A stretch of 64,000 nt of DNA from Haliotis cracherodii (lineage: Eukaryota): assembly GCF_022045235.1 (NCBI RefSeq), contig NW_027266268.1, positions 39,990,001 through 40,054,000 of the forward strand. The letters run 5' to 3'. Position numbers and translations under genes: made by a program. The notes beneath the pieces are model-generated. The model had not been told where the DNA came from, searched no databases, and saw only the letters and a list, made by a program, of their open reading frames with translations. Below, in pieces: positions 14,096 to 28,569 of the stretch; the first letter of the stretch is position 1; every line of letters starts with the position of its first letter.

Positions 14096-15650
14096 CGTTA
14101 TTGTCGTATATAAGGAAGTTGTCTTGAAAGTAAGGCACTCTGATATAATAGGTGTGCATGATATGATAGCCCTTCAGACTTTACATCATCATCACGTTTG
14201 CAAATATTGTTTGTGCATATTGCAAAATATTCTGATTGCGTTTGAAAGGACAGTCTTACCGCATCTCCAAGCTTTAAGCGATAATGACATTAATCATGTC
14301 ATTGATTATGCTCTGCAATGGAGCAGTTCAGACCCTAAATATTAGGACATAATACAATATTTGAGGCGCTGTTAAAGGTTTTGTTTCCAGATTAACACGA
14401 CCTTCATACAACGTGAAATGGGAAATATTGACAGGTCACAAAAAGGCATGACAAAGATGTGTGACAACAGCTGTTCGTGAAATAGAGACAACCTACTGGT
14501 CTCGAGATGAATCGAAACAATAATGTCGAGTTTTGACAGTAGTAAATAAAAAGATCATGTTGGATTTTGAAATCCATGACAATACAATTAATATTTCAGT
14601 GGCTGGTGGAATGCGTTGGTAGCTGCTTGGAAACTTGAACAGTCCCTTATTATTGTAGGGACCATACACGGGTTCGTGAAAATTTGGTATAATTGACATT
14701 TTGAATATTGCCACATATACCGCCAGTCAACGCAGGAAGAAATCAGCAAAAAACACGCATCAGTACTGTCAACTTTGACAAGACAGTAAAACCTGATGTT
14801 AAATTCCTCTTTTGTACTGGATTCCAAAGCCCCAGGAAAAGGAAACGTGCAAAGAGAGACACATGTAAAATAATTTAGAGTGAAACAAACAAAACAACCA
14901 ACAATTGGTAAGGAATCAACAAATGACCAGGTAATTAGGTTCACAAATCGATACAAATTACTGTCACAATACACTGCAATAAACTTCCACAGAATCTCAA
15001 CAGAAACAATGTATTACAGGTACAAGCATTATTTCATAATAAATTATATGAACATCTGGCGTCATTACTAAATTTCAGTGATCCATTCATGTACTTTCCA
15101 CCACTTTTTGTCTTTTACGCCCAATGAAATCTGTTTCCTTGTATAACTTAGAAATCAAGAATGGTTATTATCTGGCTCGGACGTTATATATTTAATGGAC
15201 TGGGATGCCTTGCGAAGCAAACATATTTTGAAAGCCTTTCTTTCGCAAATAATGCAGTAATCACTGATTTTCATTGTTCCAGTCAAGTTTACAGCTATAT
15301 TGCCTTTTACGCCCAATATAATACGTTTCGGCAAATAAACGAAACTGGCAAAATCTCCGGCCTTGAAGTTTTAAAGATTATGCAAGGATGTTGTGACATT
15401 GGCAAGAATGTTGTTATAGTGATCTTTCTAAGTCATCAGACCTTGAAGTGTCATTCTATCTGGCAGTACAATCTGCGCGTGCGCGTTGGTAGTCTTCTAC
15501 TCGTCATATACTTAGCACTTCTCTTGTGATCTTCTGGCAGTCTCTGGATGTTAGTGCTGGTAACCTAACCAGTCTGCGTATCCTGTTCTCGTATGTGAAC
15601 ACATCAAGATGATACCACTGAGTTCGTGTGAATCCTTGAGCCTGCTCCAG

Positions 15651-15893
15651 GCATTCACAATGTTACTGATGTTTGCATTTCCCGTGTGCAGTACAGAACA
15701 ATGTAGCATTCGTTCTTCTGTCGTTTTCAGTACCATTTCCATCAAGTTGTGTGGAAAAAAATGTATTGATTATGGCCTAACTTTGGATTTCGAACATATC
15801 AATGAAGGTTTAATCTGTCGTCAGTCGAGTAATGAATCAAAGAAGATTGAGACGATTGGAATGTACATTGCCTTTCCAAAGGACAAGTCCTAT
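15651..15893 (+). CDS. Candidate exon of a secreted Cys-rich (PAN/apple-like) host protein
   Basis: Acceptor CTCCAG at 15650, ATG 15660, hydrophobic start MLLMFAFPVCS, motif CGKKCIDYG..ICRQ, phase-0 donor GTAAGT at 15894. Confidence 0.5.
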
Positions 15894-16957
15894 GTAAGTA
15901 CATGGTTTAAACAATATATTTCTTTGGATTAACATGGGTCGTCCGATAAGACAATGCTGCTGACATGTGCTTATGTTAGTCCCTCTTGCAGCAGAGAAGT
16001 AAGGGATTTGAGACACACAGTATTAACATAATCGAAAATATGAGCTGATAATATGAGATAGATGGTTATAGAGCATACAGCCTATTGAAGTGCCGTTTGT
16101 AATGTTATGAAGTTTGTGTATGTTCAGACAGCTTTCAGTTGCTCTAATAGGGAATCACAGGTACCTTGTGGAATATTTCTTGAAAATAAAGAACTGATCT
16201 GGAAATGCCTTTAATGCTGCGCGAACGAGATTATGGATACCCGCTCCATTGTTAATACATCGTGAAAGAATGTGTTTGTTTGTTTTATACATTTTATTCC
16301 ATTTACAAGTACATGTTAACAAATATATAGAGAGGGCAAGTACGTTCACAATCGAGGTAGATGACAATAAAAACCTTTACTGGAAGACCCTTATACATTG
16401 TTTGAGGTCGTCCTTGATAATACATGGATGAGATATTTTATGAACGCTTCATGATTATTGACAAAGGAGAAGAAGTCGGTCGCTTACATTTCGTATGATA
16501 ACAATGCATTCTGATGTTAATGATGTTTTTGACTGCAATATGTTCTTCACTTTGACAAATGTCACTCTATCATTTAATGAATACATCAAATAGCGATATT
16601 TGTTAATTAATAGATAAATGAATATTTTTACTGATAGCAGAATATGGTTAATTACATGGTCATATCATATGTAGATGATCCAAACATGACAGTTATTTTT
16701 TGTAAATTCAAGATCAATATTGAAATTACTGTTAATATATATATGAGCCTATGACCAGAAGTCCATGACGTGTTCACATTTCTAATAAAAATGTGACAAA
16801 TCTTCCCCACAGCATTTACAGATTGTACAAATATCATTATCAACTAAGTCGAGCACAAGTAATTCTTTCCTTTTTTAGATTGTCCTTAGTACATTTCTGT
16901 ACTCTGAAAAATCATCTTTCCAATTGAAAGGAAGGTGAAAATATCACTCTTATAGGA

Positions 16958-17272
16958 TCCGTGAAGATCCGGAGTAAAACAGTCTTCAGCAACCCATGCT
17001 TCCCGTAAAAGGCGACTATGCTTGTCGTAAAAGGCGACTATCTTTGTCATAAAAGGCGACTATGCTTGTCGTAGTAGGCGACTAACAGAATCGGGTGGTC
17101 AGGCACGCTGATCTGGTTGATGCGTTTCACATTCCCAATTGCTTGGATCAATGCTCATGATGTTAATCAATGGATTGTCTGGTCAAGACTTGATTATTGA
17201 CAGACCGCCGTCATATAGCTGGAATACTGCTGAGTGCAGCGTTAAGCAACAAAAACACAAAACAAAACAAAC
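16958..17272 (+). mobile_element. Family C copy with a 22-bp hairpin unit amplified four times
   Basis: ATGCTTGTCGTAAAAGGCGACT in tandem at about 16996-17083. Confidence 0.8.
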
Positions 17273-17699
17273 CTTACAGAACAAATTGTCACTGCATGTT
17301 ATACATCAATTCCAAGAGTTTCCAAAGAATTTCCAAATCTTCAAAAAACTGTTGGACACAATGATTAATTTCTTTTGTATCTCTTGGAAACTACTCCTTG
17401 GATTATTTTTAAAGAGACATGAGTAAATTGTTTTAACAAATATCTCCAATATATTATACGACAGTGGTATTCAAGAAAAAAATGACTTATTCGTTTGTGT
17501 GTTTGCTAATTTTGACACGTAGAAAGTGCTTCTTTCAAAAATGAAACGTCAAAACGGCAACTCCAGAAAATAGCCAGTCTCCATAATCTGCCAAAACAGA
17601 TTTCAATCACAATTAAAGTTAACCACCATATTCACAAGAAATCTCTGCCAAAAGCAAAGTCGATTGTACGACTCCGCCCGCATGATGAACATGTGCATA

Positions 17700-18240
17700 C
17701 GAATCACTATTAAATAGTGGTAATACCAAGTAGTTGTGAAAGGGTGAGCGTGTCCTGCCCTTCCGGTGGTACCCATACCAAAGGCAAGTCAATTGTTAAC
17801 CTGGAAAAATAAAACTTGAATATATTATACAAGTTGAAATAAGGAACTCTATCGGACTTCATTTTTGTAACTGATGCGTCAAATTTGGAAATGACTTCAA
17901 CATGCCAACATAAACACCAAAGGGCTGGAGCTGCAGGAATAAAGTTGACAATTGGAAAGTTGAAGTCATCCCTCTTGTCATACAATCTTGTGGAGAGTGT
18001 TTTGTCACTCTGAAATTTTATGCATAGATCTAAATATGAAACAGAGGTTTCAACAGACTTAAAGCAGAGAGCAAATCCGCCCTCTTCGACCACCAGCAAA
18101 CGTTCCCAAGCAATGAAATCCAATTTGACTAAGTCCTAATCCTTTCTACCAAATACCAGGACTTCACAAAAAGATAGCTCTAGGAAGCCATAGACATCCG
18201 CCGTCACAAACTTTTGATTAACAGAGATCAAGGGTATTAC
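17700..18240 (-). mobile_element. Penelope-like element fragments
   Basis: Minus strand YLDLCIKF..LSTRLYDKRDDFNFPIVNF..PAAPA (RT C-terminal region). Plus strand LINRDQGYY matches the PLE end at about 39790. Confidence 0.65.
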
Positions 18241-19903
18241 AAGGGTATCATCTTATTGCCGCTTACTGTATATCTGGCCTCATTACGTGTGTGCTGTTTG
18301 ATATCATGTTCTTCTTCATGTCTGGTGTTGACCTATATTTACTTGATTATCAGCACGTCCACATTTTCACAGCTACATGGCTTCTTGATGTTAAATTTAA
18401 TCTGTAACTCTCGAAATTCTGAACAGACTTGGCAGACAGGCAAATTATTATTTTCACACGAAAGCTGGTTCCAAAGCCATGAAAAGCGTGAGAGACGAAA
18501 TGTTTGGGAATTATGAAAATACGCTCTTGTCAAACATCCTAACTAGCTACAGCAAGTTTCTATTAAGTGCCTTCACCAGCCTAGCAGCACTAGAACATTA
18601 CAACATTTTCAATGTTTCTGTTACATTCTCTCACCATCCGGGGTATGAAAAAACGAAAGTGTACACTGCTATAAAACATATGTAACTGTACAGAATATGT
18701 TGATTGCTCTAATTGAGTTAAACACGGCTGTATGTTAAGCCCTCTATTATTGTCCTTTTTCATGAATGAATTGTCAACTGATGTTTCATGAGATTAGAGC
18801 ACGGCATACATTTATTTCCAGACACCAGTTCGAAATATGATTATTGTTTGCTCAATTTCCTTGAAAGGTTTCACAGATTCACATGGACAACAGTCAGTAG
18901 GTCATTTTCGTAGATAATATGGTATACATATACGTGTAGTGAAAAGGATGGTTCAACACACGTGTTCAAATTTTCGCAATATGTTTAATTTTGATTTGTA
19001 TGTGACCTGAGCAAATTGACCATGCTCTTACATTCTCCCAAAATGTGTCTCCTCGCACTGTTAACATCAACCGCTGAGACACCACTGTGTCAATGAATCT
19101 GCTACCTCACATGCCTGTTCCCACCAAAGAGGACTCACCAATGTTTCAAGAGGTTTGAATCTATTGAAGATAGCTTTGTGTCGTCACTCAGCCATTTTTG
19201 TACAAAATGTACACTTCTGACAACGACTTTTCTAAAGTGGCTGTTTGTGTTGACATTTTAAACTGTTGATTACATACCCAGGTGAGCTACAGGACCATGG
19301 CACTATTTTATATATTCTATGAATGTAGATAAATTTAACTTCAAATCATAAATGATTCACTTACATGCCAGGTATGGAACTTCTTGGATCTGACAACATA
19401 ATTTTGACAGCTGTGATCAGACGCGGAAAAAAACAACATGGAATTCTTAGTATGCATAACATCCGGTACATTCTTGTAAAAAGCTGTAGATAAAACATTC
19501 TAGAGAGAAAGACATTCCAAAAGAGTGTAATCCTATAAAAACGAAATAAATAATAGATTAACTTTAATGGAACTATATGATATTACTATATCATGTTCAA
19601 ACCATTTGCGCTGAACATTTCATGGTGGATACAACCTTAATAATTTATAGTTGCAAATGTCACTGCTAAGGCCAAAACAGCTTTGGAATATTAAATATTG
19701 GAATATATTCAGCGATAAAATACTAAAATGAGTGCGATATTCCCCGATTGTGTAAATTAAAATGCCTTCCCATATCCACTGTTTCTTACTATTTGTGACT
19801 TATATAACAACGTATTCATGCTTTTCAAACATGTGACAAAACATGGACACATTAAAATAACCGTTCATGTAAATAAGTAACACGTTCTGAATGATGTTTT
19901 CAG

Positions 19904-19970
19904 TGCGAGACTTGCCGTCTGGCCTTCCGATGCTATGAGGCTGCTTCCGGGAAAGTGACTTGTGTTGACG
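19904..19970 (+). CDS. Candidate next exon, EGF-like Cys-rich (CETCRLAFRCYEAASGKVTCVD)
   Basis: TTTTCAG acceptor and GTAAGT donor; starts in phase 0, matching the donor at 15894. Confidence 0.55.
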
Positions 19971-20139
19971 GTAAGTGTCACCACCTTTTGTCTGTCTCTA
20001 CTTTGCACACATATGGTTACACAGAGTAACCACTACTTGATACATTTATACATTTCAATATGGTCACTATATCCCCACTACTGAAGCAGATTCATTCTCT
20101 ATAGTTTTCCATGAACCATCGACTGAAGTAAATTCATTG

Positions 20140-21075
20140 AAACACAAGGGTAAGGGTAAACATGTCACGTCTTTAAACTCCTGTCCTGTTTGGAAACAGG
20201 AAAAGGATATATCAACAGTCATTACTTGCCAGGATGCTCAAAAACACATTGCGAGCCAGTCACCTCCATTAACACAAACCTATGCTGCTGCTGTTTCTCG
20301 TCTTTCTACCACTAGATCTATAGAATATCAGACTGACTTGACACGGGCACACTCTGAACACCCTTTCCCTATGACAAGTCAGACAAATTAGTCAGATGAT
20401 CAAACTTGTAACATTTCTTCAGCATCTGAGATTGTGAGTCAGGCTTTGACCCCATCTACACCAACTCCTGAAATACCAGCTACCATCAAACAATCAACTG
20501 AACTGTCCAGAAAACAAAACAAAACAAAAAACAACCCAGGAAAATGACAACAAAGATCTCAACCCCAACTGAAATATCTTGAGATGTTCATAACTTCTTT
20601 GACCATCTCAAGAAGGATTTTATTCCAACTTCACATCACAACAGTTGTAACTTCTCCTCACGTTCACGTGAGAGATCTCCTGTTGAACCGCCATGAACCA
20701 TTCAAATATACTTCAATAGATTTCAGAGGACGTAGACACAACTTCAATTAACTGCAGTTATTAACAACAGATACAAACAATCAACAATTTGTTTACAAGA
20801 AACGTACCTTACACATTCAGATAAATATGTTTGAAGGCAGTATTGTTAAAATAATTCCATATCTCTCCAGGTGAAGCTACTAGATGCACATCTATTTTGG
20901 TGCAGTTGGGCGTTGTTCACAGCCCTGTTCCCCTTAACACAAATTTGTAAAAGGGTAAAGTGATCGAGGAATTTGTTTCCAACAATTGGCTACGCATCTT
21001 TAATGATGGCTCCGACACTTATGTGAAATGGATTCTCATGGCCAGTCCACGATGACCTATGTGGAAGTGATCATT
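20140..21075 (+). mobile_element. Decayed I/Nimb-type LINE (ORF1 end plus APE start)
   Basis: SCPVWKQEK..TYAAAV; ICLQETYL; GKVIEEFVS..IFNDGSDTY; HDDLCGSDH. Homologous to 9700-9880. Confidence 0.7.
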
Positions 21076-21664
21076 AGGTTATTTCTCATAATTTCCACAA
21101 TTACCTCACTTCTGTAGTTGTTGATTTCTTTGTGATCCCACAGTAGCTACAGAGTAGAAGACAATGTCGGGACACAGAGTAGAATTTTTTTGCACTCCAC
21201 ATTTATAGTCTATTGGTTAAAATATCGATTCAATCACAACTTCTACATAAAACAAATAAATGACCAATAGAAATTGGTTTTAGATTCTCAAATTTCAAAA
21301 TCATGATCTACACAAAATACAAATCTATTGAAGGTATTGAATGATTTATTGATGCAACGTATTTTACAGTTAGTAAAAATGGTAAACCTTGTTATCATCA
21401 TCTCACCTTTCCACCACGTGTCACAGATTTGATAAACAACTGCGTGTTGACAGGATTTCTTGCAAACCCACTCCAATTTTGTCGATATAAAGTGATTGGA
21501 CACATGACCAAGTCATGCCCTGGCAGCACAGTGCACGTCCGTTAAACAGTCAGATGTCATCAATGTCAGTGACCTCAACATAAAAACACAATTCAAACCT
21601 AATTTGAAATAATCATTCGTTCAATATGTTTTATATGATCATCCTTCTTATACAGCCGACCTCC

Positions 21665-21800
21665 GGGGGGACGGGTGGCCCAGTCGCCTAAGGCCCCACG
21701 ATTCTTTGTGCAAAGTTGTGTCCATTGGGCACGCCAGAAACCTATGATTGTGGGATCCAATCCCGGTTTGCCGCGATTATGTTTCTAGGTTTGTCAGCCG
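21665..21800 (+). mobile_element. SINE family B head fragment
   Basis: gggggacgggtggcccagtcgcctaagg..aatcccggtttgcc. Confidence 0.7.
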
Positions 21801-21964
21801 CGAAAGAAACGTCACCATGGACAGATATATGAGAAACCTTAATTGTCCAAACACTGTAAACATACTTTGAGACATATTAAAAACATGAAACTGATCATCA
21901 AGGTTGAAATTAAATTGTCAGATGTTCTTAAAGTGAAACACAAAACTTGTCTCTGAAAAAGGCA

Positions 21965-22830
21965 TCATAAGTCAGTATCTCGTGTGTCAACCATGTGCAT
22001 TGATGACTGCCAATACATGGAATGAATGAAGCGGTTGATGAAGGTCACAGGCACTTGAGCCAACACTCTGACGAACGCCTGATGCAGTTCAGCTGCAGTT
22101 GTTGGCCTTGGTCGGACGTCATTCAACCGTCTTTGAATCTCGTCCCACAGGTGCTCAATGGAATTTAAATTGGACAGTGTGCAGGCCAATGCATGGTTCT
22201 GATGCCATTTGGCTGGGGGAAGTCTCATGTTGCTCTCGCAGTTTAGACACGGGCGTTATCATGCTGAAACTCATGGTTGTGGCGACGTGCCAAAAGAGAT
22301 ATGGCGTGTGGTCTCAAGACTTGATCAATGTATCTAGCTGCTGTGACAACATTGCCTCTCCCTAGACCGATATTCTGGAAGACCACAGGGCCGACCCTCT
22401 GTGCAAGACAAATTCCACCCCACACCATCATGCACGATCACCTCACGAGTCTCTCTAAAAAACACAAGCATCCGAATAACGTTTTCCACGGCGTCACCAG
22501 ACTATCTCTCTCTGCCCTCTGCTGTTCAGATATAGTAACGGCTCTCGTCTGAGAAGAAGACTCTTCTCCACTGGTTGCGCCAATGCTGGTGCTGTGTTGC
22601 CCACTGAAGATGGTTACGGCGATGACGTGGTGTCAGAATGGGTCCTCGGTGTGGCTGTGACAGTGGAGGTGTCTGCTCGTCAATCGTCGACGCACAATGT
22701 CCTCACTGTGTCGCTGGTGTGTCCCCATGGTCTGTCGAGCAGTTTCCGCAGCAGTAACAAGGCGACCTTGAAGATGCTGTCTCACAATCTTCACACTTCT
22801 TTGTGAGCAATCCGTATCTAGCTGCAATAG
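21965..22830 (-). mobile_element. Decayed Tc1-like transposase
   Basis: MMVWGGI..YIDQVLRP..FQHDNAR; NSIEHLWDEIQRRL; C-terminal GHTRY. Confidence 0.85.
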
Positions 22831-25800
22831 CTTAAATCTAACTTATCAAACTTCAAACCTGATTGTTAGACCTTAGAGAAAACATTTTATTTGTTTTAGC
22901 TTTAACTGACGACCAGATCAGGGAATACAATGTACAAAACACTGCGGTGTTAACAAAATGAACAAGTAAAAATCGAGTACAAGAAACAGTGTCCTTTTGT
23001 TGTGCCTACTAATATGTTTTCTCACACACTGCATTAGATGCATTCTAAGTACCTAACAGTAACCAAACATTTATCTTAACACAACCCTACAACTGGAATA
23101 GACTGCCTCACTTTTACCTAAACGTTACCCCACTACTGGAATAAATATTCTCCTCTTCAACCAAAAGATATACCCATTGCAATAATAAATTCCCCCTTTA
23201 TAACCTAAACATAACCCCATTAAGGAAGGAATATGTTCCCTCTCTATGGCCTCATTGTAACCCTCATCTCCCAATAGACCGATCCAGTACCGACCGATAA
23301 GCCACGCCCACAAGCTGCCGTCCTCGTTTTAGGCGTTAGGGGGGACAACCGCTGGCCATTCGCTATGGCGTCACAGCCGGCGAAACTTGAATGGGCGTAG
23401 GTTGAATTTGGCTCAGAATGCTTTGTTACGTCGTGTGTCAAAAATATCTGAAGAGAGTTAACATGATTTGTTTTGGGTTCTATTTTAGTTGTCACATTGC
23501 ATATCGGAGTGAGAATGTGTCATCAGTCCGATGTAACAGTGTATCAGTCAATGAGGAAGTCACCATGGCTGAAAGGTGCTAAAGCGTGCACTTCTTCGAA
23601 GCACTGATGACTATATTGTCAATAATATATAACTAAATTTTGTTTTAACTCTCCATCGTAATTTAAATGTATGGAAAGTACTGGAAACCGTAAACACAAG
23701 CACAACAAAGTTACAAATCATATGGATATCTAAAAATAGAAAGTCAACAGCTACATAAGCTAAAAGGGTTAGTGTTAGTGGGTCTTTTTAATGAATAAAC
23801 ATAAAAGAGTAGTTGATACATTCGAAGCAGTACATTATTTCCCCTCACTGCTACATTCGTTTTTATTATATAATAAATGAATCATAACGTATATTTTATT
23901 TGGGCATCTGGAGCATGGGGTGAGGCAGACCCCAGGGGCTGATATTCGGCTCCAAATGTGCATCAGATGTCAGTAAACTGTCCCTCTTCAAACGTTTTAA
24001 CATATCTATGTCATCCTTAAATAATGCAGAATGTAAGGAAATTATGTTACTATTTTTTTCCAAAATCTGTTTGCCGAGTGCACTTAGTTTGGAAATCTAA
24101 ATTTAGATAAAAATCCCTGATCACACTTCAAGAATTTTGGACTAAATAAACTGCCAGTATTTAGGTACATGGATGTGAGAATAGTTTAAAACATTGAGAA
24201 GATCCAAGATAAAATGAGCACCTATAACTGCCATGGTTATATTAAATCAATGGGATCCGTTTTCCAGAAAAGGGAAACGTGCTAAGGAAAAAGTATCTCA
24301 AGATAGGGTCTCAAGACAGGGTCTGCAGTATGTCCCATCAACTGACTTGCATTGATAAAATTTACAACACAAATTAAAATTTATTTATGATCTTTCATTC
24401 AAAAGACTTGTCATGAATCCAAGAATTATTACTGTTAACAACTAAACCTGTAACTTAAGTACAACAAATATCTCATAAGGAAGAGAATTTATGGATGTCA
24501 ATTTCTTAATTATGAGGAATACCACCATCCTTAAATTCTCTTCCTTATGTGTAACACTTCTAAATGCCACCAAAAGACTTAAATATGTCATAAGTTCAAA
24601 GTTTTCATCAACAAAATTACCTATTGACATCATGACTGTCACATAAGATATAATTCCTTATTGCCCCAGAAACCACATGCCTATAGGACATAACACTAAA
24701 CAATGTATCACATTTTAAAATTCACATGTGAAGTGACAAGTATTACTCATGCATGGAACAACATACATTAAATGCAAAAATCAGGTTGCCGGACACCTGG
24801 AGATGATTAGATACTTAAACATACATCCGAAGATCACTTCACAAATACTGGTGTGAACATGACCTTTCCTTAAAGAATTAAAACACACACAAACAGGGAT
24901 TGAGACCAGTTCCTTTTCTAGGATACTGACTGATTGTCATCCATAATGTCCTAAAGTTGTTCTAAAATTTAGTAAAGTGATATCAAAATATAAAAACCCC
25001 ACTTGAAAATGTCCTGAAGCCAGCAAAAGCACTGTGAAGTAAATATAAAGCTCATTCTCAACATAATCATAACCAATTCTTGAACAATATGTAAATAACC
25101 AACATCCTTAATAAACACTAGCTCTTGCTCAATTATCAAATATTGACAATCGTGAAATAAGTATCATGCCTTATGATACAGGTAATCACTTTCAACACTA
25201 TCTTTTTCAAAAATATATTATTTAAAAAGATGTTTTTTAATAATATTATGTCCTATAGAAAGAGCTAACAAGCTAAGTTTTATACCAGGTGGATGTTGTA
25301 CCATCAAACATTTAGTGTTTATTAGTGCAATTAAATCATATTAATCTTACTTTTATACGGCATCAATTAAATAACTGGTTGGAACAATTATTAATAACTT
25401 GATTAGATTATTTTTTTATTTCAGTCTGTCAAATATTTCAGTAATTCACTTCCTTCTCACGAAATGTTCCTCTTCACAAGAAAAGGATCAGGTAATTCAT
25501 TACTGCATGGGTCCTGTCTCTTCATAGAAATGCTGAAATAGTCAAGGCATGATTTAATGGGAACTTATATGAATTAAATTGATTAGATTTTGTGGAACGA
25601 AAACCATTGACAATGATTATATTTCTATGTCTACTGTTAGAGTAACTTGCAATATTATGCTCGAGTAATTTGTAATATTAATAGATAGACTTATTGTGAT
25701 TTTGAAATTAAATCATATCTAAAAATATGTAACAAAATAAATCATATCTAAGAGAGAGGAATTCAATTTCCACTAGATTGTACTTCAATGTAAATAATAG

Positions 25801-27519
25801 TAAATTTCGGTCTGCACTAACCAAAATCAGATCACTGTCATATTTGTTTACAGTGTGTCACATTTCAGCAATATGACCTGCTAACTCAATGACCGATGTT
25901 GCCAAAATGTACAAGCATTATGCTTGTTTATAACATGTGTAAAATCATAATTTGATACGTGTTGTCATTTACCTGTATTGAGCATGCATATGTGAAAAGT
26001 GCGAAAATTCGTACAAATTCTCACCTTCCAGTGGAAGATGGTGGCGACATTTAACTGATGGTGTGAGGCCAACCGCACATCTTGATCAGCCTCAAACATT
26101 TTTCTCCCGACCCTGTGGGTGTGGGTAAAGGTATACATATAATCCAAGCGATAATTAATGAACATCGCGAGTGAAAATAGCACAAACCGTTGCCACGTCG
26201 CTGCTTGGGTATGGTTTGACCCCGGAAGTAAGTCTGACAAATCCACAAAGCCCGCCCGGCCTTCTGATTGGCTCAAACTGACGCATGCTCCAATTTTGAC
26301 TGACCGACTGGATCGGTCTATTCCCTCTCTTTAGCTTGAACATAACCCCACTACCGGAATAAATTCCCGCCACTCGTTCTTTGTGGGTAATCCTTGCCCA
26401 ACTGCAGTAGCTTAACGTAAACTCAACGAACTTCGAAGCTGAGTGTTGCCACAATTTTGTTTTCAGTAGTTCATCAATATGTTATCAATATATTTCAATA
26501 TGATAATTCTTCTTCTTTAGCCAAAGATGTGAGTTCCGATTCTGATGACTCTGGCGATGGCGATTATGGAGGTGAGACCTAAGTTCACACATATCAACAT
26601 ATGCCACTGTAATTTGTCAGTGTCCTCATTTTGCTTATCAAAGAACAAAGTTCTAGTCTCATGAAACCATATCAAGATGTAATGCTGTTTAATTATGACG
26701 CACGTGTAAGTGCAGGTATGTGTTATTTTGCTAGTTAGTTTTACTGTCCTTTGTTGACCAGATATAATATAATATGAATGTATTGCCAGCCTCATGAGCT
26801 TTATATTTTACGAGAAGATGTCAAAATCGCAGTAAAGAAAAACGGGGCTGCATGAAGGTGAAAAGTTCGTAGCTTAATACAAAAAATATCATATATGCCA
26901 AGACAGGTATTATTCCGCACATGTTATTTGGAGACACCATAGCTTGGATTATTCATACAATATTTCAGTTTCTTTGAGTGGCATTTAGAAGTTGGAGTGA
27001 TGAAGTAAGACGAGTTCTATGGATGAACAACTCCTTTATTACAATTAGTGTTAGATCCTAACACCTTTATCAAGCCAGTGATGGATAGGGATAAACAACA
27101 TAGGTATATATACACTTATTGACATCTAAGTTGTTACAGTGACTAGTTGATGGACACAGAGAGGTGGATTAAGCTAATTGGAAGCCAGTGGATGACTAAT
27201 GAACACAGAGTATACATGCAGAGTAAACAAGCAGACGATTGCAAAGCAATAATTCAGCTGCCCAGACCTTGTAGTTCACAGCAGATGTCAAACATGCAAT
27301 AACAATTGCAAATATGGGATACACAGTCAAAGGTTGATGAACATAGCTTGATCTGCAATCGTAATAAAGATGCCAAACGTATATTATGCCGCAAACCAGA
27401 TATGCTAAAGATTAAGTTCCATAATGATGTATGCAGAAATGTTCGAGTAATTGGCACATATGACAGTTTCAACATGATACTGCTACATTATACATATATC
27501 CATTCCATCCATAGACAAA

Positions 27520-28563
27520 CTACTGTTCCCCGAGTTGTCAAAAAAGGCGGCTCAACATTTCGGAGCTGAAACTGATTCCTGTGACTTCATGGGGAACCCA
27601 GAGTCAGAGAGTGCCAAGATCAGTACCTGGGTGGCCGAACAGACCCACAATAAGGTCCAGGGAGTGATCTCACCCTGTCTCTCACTGAAGACACATCAAT
27701 GATTTTAGTAAATGCAATCTATTTTAAAGGAAAATGGTCAAATGTCTTTGATAAGGATTCAACAAGGAAGGACTCGTTCACTATCTTCTCCTCAAAGAAG
27801 GTCGTCGTTAATATGATGAACACCATAGACACGTTTGAGCACAGTGAGATCAAAGACTTGGATTGCACACTGCTGGAACTACCTTATGTTGGGGACAAAC
27901 TCCTTCCAAGAGAATCCAGTGGTTTGACTTCCCTGGAACAGAACCTAAAGCCTCATCATCTTCAGTTCTTGCTGAATTCATTGGAGGAAGAGAATGTGTC
28001 CATGCACATAAAAGTAAAAGATGGAATCCAGTTTTGAGCTAGCGGATGTCCTGTCCACTTTAGGCCTGACTACAGCTTTTGATCCCGTGGAGGGCAACTT
28101 TTCTGGGATTTATCCCTAAGGGTTGTTGACCGTGTCGAAGGTGGTCCATCTTAGGTTTTCACTGGCGTATACATTTAGTTTTCAATAACCAACCCAAATC
28201 AATGCCGGGGGAAAAACCATGCGGTTTATTACATAATGATCTCACACTCAAGAGAGCAAACAAGGGAGGTAATTCTAATGCACGTATTGGCACTGATAAA
28301 GTAGAGAGTCTGTGGATCGATACTGGTCATGGTATTTTATCTTTTATACATACACAACAGTCCACAAGAGCTTTGTGGAGGTCAATGAGGAGGGGACAGA
28401 AGCAGTGGCATATACCATGATGCACTGAGTTGATGGGCATGACACCAAAGGAGATCATCTTCAAGGCCCATTATCCATTTCTATTCTTCATCCGAGACAG
28501 ACGAAGTGATATAATCCTTTTTCTGGGGTGGATTGTGAATCCAGAAGGAATGAAAAGAGATTA
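27520..28563 (+). pseudogene. Intronless intracellular-type serpin pseudogene (left arm)
   Basis: MILVNAIYFKGKW, LLELPY, VSKVVH|KSFVEVNEEGTEAVA (hinge), YPFLFFIRD..ILFLGWIVNP. Frameshifted and split by a solo LTR. Confidence 0.92.
28149..28359 (-). mobile_element. Solo LTR of the Gypsy element, TSD GTCCA
   Basis: 211 bp homologous to LTRs 55397-55606 and 59719-59929; TSD at 28144-28148 and 28360-28364. Confidence 0.93.
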
Positions 28564-28569
28564 ATTCAT

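Noticed and set aside
14124-15529. Short ORFs in AT-rich DNA (also 2387-2653 and 23125-23495)
   Set aside because: No recognisable motifs or consistent splice signals; expected by chance.
28202-28420. Conserved short ORF repeated three times (28202, 55360, 59703)
   Set aside because: It is the antisense reading of the Gypsy LTR.
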